A stretch of DNA of 64,000 bases from Acidimicrobiales bacterium. Lineage in GTDB: Bacteria > Actinomycetota > Acidimicrobiia > Acidimicrobiales > Poriferisodalaceae. Where the stretch lies: the NCBI GenBank assembly GCA_030743005.1, contig JASLTG010000013.1, forward strand, positions 762-64,761, written 5' to 3'. Both the position numbers and the translations under genes were made by a program. Shown here piece after piece: positions 48,422-55,226 of the stretch. Positions within the stretch are counted from its first letter, which is position 1. The number at the start of each line of letters is the position of its first letter. The notes under the pieces are model-generated. The model ran no database searches. It was given only the letters and a program-made list of their open reading frames with translations, and had not been told where the DNA came from.

Positions 48422-49717
48422 ATGAGCGAAAGACAGCTAATTGACTCGCCGCGCGGTTGGCTCACCGTCATCGCCACCTTTTTCTCTTCCGCGGTGGCGC
48501 TGGGCGCGGTGTACAGCTTCGGTGCGTTCTTCGAATCGATGGCTGACGATTTCGGAACAGGGAAAGGCTCCACTGCCATCATCTTTGGGCTAACGACCTT
48601 CTCGTTTTTCTGGTTGAGTTTGATTACAAGCCGGCTTTCAGACCGGTATGGGCCGCGGCCCGTGCTCGCGGCGGGAGCGGTTGCGTTGTTCGTCGGACTT
48701 TGGGCCACTAGTTATGTCAATTCGATTGGGGCGGGCTACATAACCTTCGGAGTTGGGGCCGGGATTGCTGCGGCCTGTGCTTATATTCCGATGGTCGGCC
48801 ATGTCGGCGGCTGGTTCGAAAAGTCACGCGCCACCGCAGTCGGCATTTCAGTCGCTGGTATTGGTGTCGGCACGCTGGTCATGAACCCATTAGCAGCCAG
48901 ACTCATTGACTTGTACGGGTGGAGAAGCACCTACCGAATATTCGGAGTCGTAGGGTCACTGGTCCTGTTAGTCGGCACTTTGATGATGGCCCGAGCCCCT
49001 GGAGAAGCTGGCGCAGCTCCGTCAAGGATTCGAGAAGCATTTTTCTCTCCGACGTTTCGGAAGCTCTGGTTAGCTGCTCTCTGTTATGCCACTGCCCTGT
49101 TTATTCCCTTCGTTTTTGTGGTTCCCTATGCCAAAGAGCGAGGAATTTCTGCTGTCGCCGCAGCCACCCTGGTCGGGTTACTTGGCGGATCTAGTGTCTT
49201 GTCTCGGATTGGTTTCAGTTGGCTCACTAACCAGTTCGGTATTTTCCGTATCTTTCGATTTGGTTTTGCGCTGTGCCCAATAGCTTTCGGCACCTGGTTG
49301 TTCGCCGGGTCATCTTTTACTGCTCTCGTAATTTTTATGCTCATTATGGGTATTGGATACGGTTCGTTTGTGGCGGTTAGTCCGCTGGTACTTGCCGACT
49401 TATTTGGGGTAGTGGGTCTCGGCTCGCTGATGGGGCTTTTGTACACAGCGTGTGGTTTAGGTGCGTTGCTTGGCCCTCCAATGGCAGGTCGAATGATTGA
49501 TGTCTCTGGCGGCTACACCATGCCGCTGTTGGTTGGCTTGGGACTTGGCCTCATTGCGTTTTTGTCGCTGACATTGTTTTCAACCACGCCATCAGGAAAC
49601 ATTGCTGTCGCCGGTGCAGGTTCACCTGAAGTTCCGACAGTTGAGAGTGGTGTCGCAACGGTGATGGGTGCTTTCGATGAAACCTTGCTAGAGCTTGAAG
49701 ATTGGCTCGACCCTTGA
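48422..49717 (+). CDS. MFS transporter (oxalate/formate-antiporter-like)
   Basis: 12 TM helices and an SRLSDRYGPRP motif-A-like loop. Confidence 0.8.
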   Translation: MSERQLIDSPRGWLTVIATFFSSAVALGAVYSFGAFFESMADDFGTGKGSTAIIFGLTTFSFFWLSLITSRLSDRYGPRPVLAAGAVALFVGLWATSYVNSIGAGYITFGVGAGIAAACAYIPMVGHVGGWFEKSRATAVGISVAGIGVGTLVMNPLAARLIDLYGWRSTYRIFGVVGSLVLLVGTLMMARAPGEAGAAPSRIREAFFSPTFRKLWLAALCYATALFIPFVFVVPYAKERGISAVAAATLVGLLGGSSVLSRIGFSWLTNQFGIFRIFRFGFALCPIAFGTWLFAGSSFTALVIFMLIMGIGYGSFVAVSPLVLADLFGVVGLGSLMGLLYTACGLGALLGPPMAGRMIDVSGGYTMPLLVGLGLGLIAFLSLTLFSTTPSGNIAVAGAGSPEVPTVESGVATVMGAFDETLLELEDWLDP

Positions 49718-49859
49718 GCCATTTAGCGCTGTCATTTGCTCGGCTCTATTGCTCCTGCAAATAGCGAATCCGACATATCAGTTTGATCCCCCGCATCAAT
49801 TAATTATTGATGTACACCTACAAATATGAGAAGTCGGCGAGAAGAAGCCAATAGCTGAC

Positions 49860-51014
49860 ATGGCTATTGCATCAATTACCCACGACACAGGTATTGCATC
49901 AATTACCCACGACACAGGTATTGCATCAATTACTCACGACACAGAATGGCTTCAAGTCACATTTTCTTCCGGAGAGACCAGCAAGTTCTATGTCCAATGG
50001 TTAAGGGACAACATCCCTTCTGGGCGTCATCAAGATCGAGGCCAACGAACCTTTGACATAAACTCACTTCCCCAACACTCACTGAGTGAAGTTACTCACA
50101 CCGGCGATCAAGTCGCTGTCACCTTTGATCTTGACCAGTGCACCCATGTGTTCACTGCAAGTTGGCTTCACTCTCATAGAAACCCGATCACTCTTCGAAC
50201 CAATCCAACCCCAGTTCTTTGGAATGCCGAGGGACAAAACGAACTTTCCTTTGCTGACTATTCGACTCTGAAAAGTTCAAGAAAATCTTTACACTCCTGG
50301 CTTCGCCATATAAGAGATTACGGATATGGGCTACTAGAAAATGTTCCAACTGAACCAGAGACAGTTCTTGAAGTCGTTGAGATGTTTGGTTATGTACGAG
50401 ACACGAATTACGGAAAACTTTTTGAAGTCCGGGCGGAACCAAACCCCTCAAACCTTGCATTCACGAAACTTGGAATCGGGATGCATACCGATAACCCTTA
50501 TCGAGACCCGGTACCAGGATTGCAACTACTGCACTGTCTGGTCAACGAATCAGATGGAGGGGAGACCCAGCTTGTTGATGGCTTCGCAGTAGCAGAAAAG
50601 ATCCGCCAAAAATATCCTGAAGCGTTTTGGTTGCTCTCTACCCTGCCAGTGCGATTTCGATATTTAGACGAAGGATCAGCAGACCTTGAAGCAACGAGCT
50701 CGCTTATTGAAACTAACTCTCACGGAGAAGTAATTGCTTTGCGCTATAACAGTCGCTCGGCACAAGCTTTCACTTTCCCTAGCGAAGTAATGGCAGATTA
50801 TTATGCTGCTTACCGGTTACTTGGGGAACTTTTACACGAACCAGAAGCACGTATCGAATTTCGGTTAACCCCTGGACAGTTAATGATTTTTGATAATCAA
50901 CGTGTGCTTCACGGCCGTTCTTCCTATGAGGAAGGGTCTCGTCATCTTCAAGGCTGTTATGCAGACAAAGATTCTTTGCGATCGTTCATTCGCGTACTTG
51001 AGGAAAAGAAATGA
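49860..51014 (+). CDS. gamma-butyrobetaine-hydroxylase/TmpA/PhnY*-like Fe(II)/2-oxoglutarate dioxygenase
   Basis: N-terminal DUF971-like region (FYVQWLRDN) lacking the BBOX zinc cysteines. The TauD-fold core has GMHTDNPY (HxD) and QRVLHGRS (distal His + Arg). Confidence 0.75.
   Translation: MAIASITHDTGIASITHDTGIASITHDTEWLQVTFSSGETSKFYVQWLRDNIPSGRHQDRGQRTFDINSLPQHSLSEVTHTGDQVAVTFDLDQCTHVFTASWLHSHRNPITLRTNPTPVLWNAEGQNELSFADYSTLKSSRKSLHSWLRHIRDYGYGLLENVPTEPETVLEVVEMFGYVRDTNYGKLFEVRAEPNPSNLAFTKLGIGMHTDNPYRDPVPGLQLLHCLVNESDGGETQLVDGFAVAEKIRQKYPEAFWLLSTLPVRFRYLDEGSADLEATSSLIETNSHGEVIALRYNSRSAQAFTFPSEVMADYYAAYRLLGELLHEPEARIEFRLTPGQLMIFDNQRVLHGRSSYEEGSRHLQGCYADKDSLRSFIRVLEEKK
49866..49943 (+). repeat. 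27-bp direct tandem repeat, 2 full copies plus a 24-nt third copy with one C>T change
   Basis: ATTGCATCAATTACCCACGACACAGGT occurs at 49866 and 49893, and ATTGCATCAATTACTCACGACACA at 49920. The repeat encodes (IASITHDTG)n at the N-terminus of the dioxygenase. Confidence 0.95.
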
Positions 51015-51550
51015 CAGTCATTGAAGAACTGACAGCACTTATGGAAGGGCGAGGGAAACGAAGCTACGGAGAGAACGTGACTATTGCTGAACACGTGTTG
51101 TTGACTGCATCGGTAGCTGAAGAGACTAAAGCTTCAGAGTCTCTGATTGCCGCCTGTCTTTTACATGACGTGGGTCATTGGTTAGATGAACCAGATGACG
51201 ACTTTGGCATACATAGTCATGCTGATACCGGGGGAGTTTGGGTTGCTGAACGGTTTGGGTCAGATGTTTCCGAACCCGTACGCCTTCACGTAGACGCAAA
51301 ACGTTACTTATGCGCGGTTGATCCGGGATATCACAGCTGCTTGTCGTATGCGTCTCAATACACATTGACACAACAGAACGGTCCAATGACGCAAGACGAA
51401 ATCGTTATCTTCCTCTCTAACCCTCATCATGAAGATGCTCTGGCTTTACGTAAGTTTGAAGACATGCATGGGAAAAGAACCAGTGTTCCTATCCCTGAGT
51501 TTGAATATTTCCATCCGCTCTTAGAGAAACTAATTAAGCCATTCAAATAG
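51011..51550 (+). CDS. HD-domain protein of the PhnZ/TmpB type (candidate mixed-valent diiron oxygenase)
   Basis: H28, H52-D53, H68/H70, H93 and D151 form an H..HD..H..H..D pattern. LHVDAKRYL is a motif I associate with phosphonate-operon HD proteins. The ATGA overlap with the dioxygenase stop implies coupling. Confidence 0.72.
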   Translation: MTVIEELTALMEGRGKRSYGENVTIAEHVLLTASVAEETKASESLIAACLLHDVGHWLDEPDDDFGIHSHADTGGVWVAERFGSDVSEPVRLHVDAKRYLCAVDPGYHSCLSYASQYTLTQQNGPMTQDEIVIFLSNPHHEDALALRKFEDMHGKRTSVPIPEFEYFHPLLEKLIKPFK

Positions 51551-51594
51551 CAAACTAATGAGGGTGTTGCTGCTCCTGCCGTTATCCTCTGGGT

Positions 51595-51671
51595 CGCGGG
51601 GTGGAGCAGTTTGGTAGCTCGTCGGGCTCATAACCCGAAGGCCGTTGGTTCAAATCCAACCCCCGCCACCA
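51595..51671 (+). tRNA. metZ: initiator tRNA-Met (anticodon CAU)
   Basis: CGCGGGGTGGAGCAG start, an unpaired 1:72 position (C/C), three G-C pairs closing the anticodon stem (GGG/CCC), loop CTCATAA and an encoded CCA. Confidence 0.9.
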
Positions 51672-51675
51672 AGTA

Positions 51676-51705
51676 AAAGGTCCGGTCTTTATGGCCGGGC
51701 CTTTT
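51676..51705. terminator. bidirectional hairpin terminator between the tRNA-Met and the convergent DUF2182 gene
   Basis: 12-bp stem AAAGGTCCGGTC / GGCCGGGCCTTT (two G-U pairs), flanked by A-run and T-run so that either strand reads stem + U-tract. Confidence 0.6.
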
Positions 51706-51719
51706 GCTGTTCTCAGTAG

Positions 51720-52559
51720 TTAGCCCCCGTCGCCGTTCATGTCCATGTCGTCGTTCATGTCCATGTCGCCGTTCACATCCATATTCATGACGGCATCAGG
51801 ATCGAGACCGGGGGCGACACTCGGGTCGATAACGATTGCGACTGCCCACACCACAGCGACTATGCCGACCAGTCGAGCGAACTTTTCGCCGTGCCGCCAG
51901 TGCTTTTCAACTGCTATTACCAGTGCCAGACCAACCATTGCGGCCATGTTCATCACGCCAAAAGCGACCATCACCAGCATTAAAGCCCAGCAACAACCCA
52001 GACAAAAGAGGCCGTGATGGATACCGGCACGAATATCGCGTAACGACCCACGAAAGCCGATGAATTGCATTAGGTGACCGAGCGGACTGCGGCAATGGTC
52101 GAGGCAGCGCACCTTCAATGGTGTCAGTTGGTACAGACCGGCGGCGGCGAAACAGACCACAGCGACCCATTGAGCGAGAGTTGCTCGCTCGGCGGCTATG
52201 TCGCCAAATACGTCGGCTATCGCGAACGCCACAACCCCTGTTGCTCCCCACGCCAGCAGGTACCCGCTCGCAAGAGCGGTGAGTCGCGGCCCTCTATGGG
52301 TAGTGACTGTTCGCTCGTAAAGAGTCGCTAGCGGTGCTATCGATGACAACATCATCGCGGCCATCATGAGTGTCCACATGATGAGGAACGACACGAACGA
52401 CATGCCCATGGTGCCTGGCATACCCCACAATCCCATGTCCATGCGGACAGCCCACACGATGGTTACAACCCAGCAACCAGCGCTGATGGCGTGAATAACT
52501 GTCGTGGATAGTCTTGAATTGTGTGCCGGCTGAGCCGGTGGTTGGGTTAGGCCGCCCAA
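51720..52559 (-). CDS. DUF2182-like predicted metal-binding integral membrane protein
   Basis: IMWTLMMAAMM helix, CLDHCRSP and HGLFCLGCCW Cys/His clusters, and a C-terminal NMDVNGDMDMNDDMDMNGDGG tail. Confidence 0.65.
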   Translation of the reverse strand: MGGLTQPPAQPAHNSRLSTTVIHAISAGCWVVTIVWAVRMDMGLWGMPGTMGMSFVSFLIMWTLMMAAMMLSSIAPLATLYERTVTTHRGPRLTALASGYLLAWGATGVVAFAIADVFGDIAAERATLAQWVAVVCFAAAGLYQLTPLKVRCLDHCRSPLGHLMQFIGFRGSLRDIRAGIHHGLFCLGCCWALMLVMVAFGVMNMAAMVGLALVIAVEKHWRHGEKFARLVGIVAVVWAVAIVIDPSVAPGLDPDAVMNMDVNGDMDMNDDMDMNGDGG

Positions 52560-53173
52560 TTGAACGGATTAGCGAAGCCGCTTAGGCCCTCGCCTCCGAA
52601 CGAGATGCCCATGGCTGAGATCGACGACGTCGACACTGGGGCCATGCCTAAGACTGGACCGGCTGGATGGGTGTCGACACCCGTCAACTCAACTACGTCA
52701 CCCGAACCATTGACGTGGGGACGTCCTGTGTATGACGAATCACCGAAGGTCACGGTGTGTTCACCGTTTTCGGATGTAACCGACACGGGCATTTGTTCTA
52801 TGCCCAAGAAGTTGCCGAGAAGTGGGCCTAATGCCGCTGGTGGGCCACCCAACGAACCGCTCACCACCGCTCCGATAGCTTCAACTTGCTCTTGTGAGGC
52901 TCCGTCGTCGACGATCACTCCGACATTCCAGCCGCCCTCTGACATGAGTGGAGGCGAATCGACCATCAGCACGAATGTGTGTCCCGAGACGTCAACTCCG
53001 TCAATGTCGCCATCTTCGATAGTGAAAGCCAGGGTGGCATTGCAGCGTTCTGTGGTCGCGGGGAATTGCATATTCGACCAAGTACACGGGCATGTTGCTG
53101 TACATGAGCAGTTCTCGTAGTACATGCCGTTGAGATGCCAAGCCATTTGTGATCTCCTCTGTTGTTCCACCAC
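52547..53173 (-). CDS. DUF1326-like protein
   Basis: N-terminus WHLNGMYYENCSCTATCPCTW (C-x-C-x3-C-x-C). The gene overlaps and precedes the DUF2182 gene, which is the usual pairing. Confidence 0.65.
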   Translation of the reverse strand: MVEQQRRSQMAWHLNGMYYENCSCTATCPCTWSNMQFPATTERCNATLAFTIEDGDIDGVDVSGHTFVLMVDSPPLMSEGGWNVGVIVDDGASQEQVEAIGAVVSGSLGGPPAALGPLLGNFLGIEQMPVSVTSENGEHTVTFGDSSYTGRPHVNGSGDVVELTGVDTHPAGPVLGMAPVSTSSISAMGISFGGEGLSGFANPFNWAA

Positions 53174-53306
53174 CCCAACTGTGGGGAGTTCGAATTAAGG
53201 CTTCCATGGTCGCGCAGAGACGTCAAGCGGCTCAGCGGGCTGGCACGATCGAATGATCTCGTGACTGCTTGGCGTTGAGTCGTAATCACCGACCTACAAT
53301 CCCCAT

Positions 53307-54590
53307 ATGGTTCGGTTAAGTGATCTTCACCCCGTTGAGGCGGAGCACCTTGCAGCGCGAGCGCTAGCCATGCCGGCTATAGGTCCGGGTGAATGGGTCA
53401 CTCCGCTGCCACTTGATCAAGCAACGGTCGCGATTGTCTCTACCGCAGGTCTTCACCGGCGCATAGACCCCCCATTCACTGTCGGGTCGCTGGATTATCG
53501 GATCATTCCCGGAGATACCCAATTCGACGACCTCGTGCTCTCCCATATCAGCGCCAATTTTGATCGCAGCGCATTCGGCCAAGACCCCAACATTGTTTTC
53601 CCAATCGACCGCCTCCGCGAATTTGCTTCCTCTGGAGAAATCGGGGGAGTAGCACGTTGGCATTACTCCTTCATGGGAGCGATGCCCGACCCGTCCCAGT
53701 TCGAGAAAGCAGGAGAAGAGATCGGTCGATTGATGGCTCAAGATGGCGTCGATATTGCTTTTTTGGTTCCCATATGACCCGTCTGCACGGGCGCGGTCGG
53801 TGCCTTAGCCAATTACATAGAGCGCGCCGGAGTAGCTACTACTTCCATAAGCCTGATCCGAGAAATGTCCGAAGCAGTTATACCTCCACGAGCGCTATGG
53901 GTGCCCTTTCCTCTCGGCCGACCGCTCGGTGCTGTCGATGATTCAGAATTCCAAAAGAACGTGATGAGAACAGCATTCCGACTTTTGGACACTGCGGTCG
54001 AACCAACCATTGAGGACTATGAACTACAAGCGCCAGGTGAAGGCTCCAACGAAAATTGGTCCTGTCCACTGAATCTAACGCCTGAATCGTCAGGCTCCTT
54101 AACCGAACGATTGTTGGCAGAAGTTGCCCTACTTCGCCCGTGGGCTATCGAAACTCGACGTCAGCGAGGACGAACTCTATTCGGCGCAAGCGGAGCTCGA
54201 GAAGATCAAGTTGACGAGCTGGCTCGAGCCTTCGCCTCGGTGGCCGAAACGGGCGACGTTACCTCTGAACTTGTTGTTGACGACGTTGCTTGGGCGTTTG
54301 AAACGCCGTTGCTTCTGCGTCACATAGCCGATGACCTTCGCACCTTCTATCACGAAGCAATAGCAGCACAACCCGGCGACACTGTGCCTGACCACGACGC
54401 GCTGAACCAATGGATATTTGGTGAAACAGTCCTTGGGGAAGCGCTCTTATCGGTAGCCGATGGATTAACGAAGGCTTCCGATTCGCCCATGGCTCAACTA
54501 GTCAGAGGACTCTTAATTCCCGAAGGTCACTACAGAGGCGGAAGCGCTTTCCCCCAACAGACCAATTTCCCGATAAACCAGGAAACCTAG
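53307..54590 (+). CDS. GrdB/PrdB-family (glycine/sarcosine/betaine/D-proline reductase B-like) selenoprotein, Sec encoded by TGA 53775..53777 (codon 157)
   Basis: Track ORFs 53307..53777 and 53865..54590 share a frame and are separated only by one TGA. The 29 codons in between are open. The U-P-V-C motif is followed by GVATTSISLIRE...PPRALWVPFPLGRPLG. selA, selB and tRNA-Sec are in the same window. Confidence 0.75.
53778..53828 (+). promoter_or_regulatory. candidate bacterial SECIS element
   Basis: Hairpin options lie directly 3' of the UGA. One is CCCGU-CUGC-ACGGG (53778..53791). Another is GGGCGC-GGUC-G(G)UGCCU (53789..53805), whose apical GGUC sits about 20 nt after the UGA. An outer GGCGCG/CGCGCC pairing (53790..53795 with 53823..53828) is also possible. 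Confidence 0.45.
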
Positions 54591-54626
54591 CCACATCAAC
54601 ATTCGACTGAATGAGAGAGCTCTCTG

Positions 54627-55208
54627 GTGAAGCCAAGACACATAGCTAAAGTTTTTGGAGCGATGCTCCTCGCGCCTTTGCGAATTCGCCGATATCCACC
54701 TGAAGCTCCGGATGACTCCGTCCACTACGTGATTCCGACGTTGGCAGCAACTAAAGACCTAGCGGCAACCCAAGCAAACGATCTCCCAGTCGCAAGAACA
54801 TCGCAAGGCCGGTGGACAAAATGGCCGCCTCTGGTGTTGGCCGGGTGCGACGAGCCTCTAGTTGAAGGAGCACCAGACCTGCGAGGTGTCTGGCAGGTGC
54901 ACAAAGGGCCTCTGAAGGGACACATAGAACGTATAGAGCAGGCAGGAGCACGAGTCGTGATCACCGCTGGAGGCATCATCCACGACCTCACGACCGGCGG
55001 CATACCGATGACCGACGAAGGAGTAGGGGGAGCAGAAATAAACGTGGCTGCCCATTACGAGAGTGGACGGTTGAATCTGTACCTCAACAACAAACGACTT
55101 GTGGTTACCCGGTACCGAGACGGAAGCGATCTGGTTTGGCGCTGGGGTCCGTACCGCAATCATCTTCGACGACTAAACGACCCGCATAAGAACAACCCAT
55201 CGCTCTAA
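54627..55208 (+). CDS. hypothetical protein
   Basis: GTG ORF of 193 aa, 37 nt downstream of the selenoprotein gene. I recognise no family. Confidence 0.5.
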   Translation: MKPRHIAKVFGAMLLAPLRIRRYPPEAPDDSVHYVIPTLAATKDLAATQANDLPVARTSQGRWTKWPPLVLAGCDEPLVEGAPDLRGVWQVHKGPLKGHIERIEQAGARVVITAGGIIHDLTTGGIPMTDEGVGGAEINVAAHYESGRLNLYLNNKRLVVTRYRDGSDLVWRWGPYRNHLRRLNDPHKNNPSL

Positions 55209-55226
55209 ATGGGGTTGTCGACAGCT

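Noticed and set aside
54591-54626. Possible read-through from the selenoprotein gene into the next ORF, which is in the same frame
   Set aside because: After the TAG at 54588..54590 there is a second in-frame stop (TGA 54612..54614) with no coding-like sequence around it. A GTG start at 54627 is sufficient.
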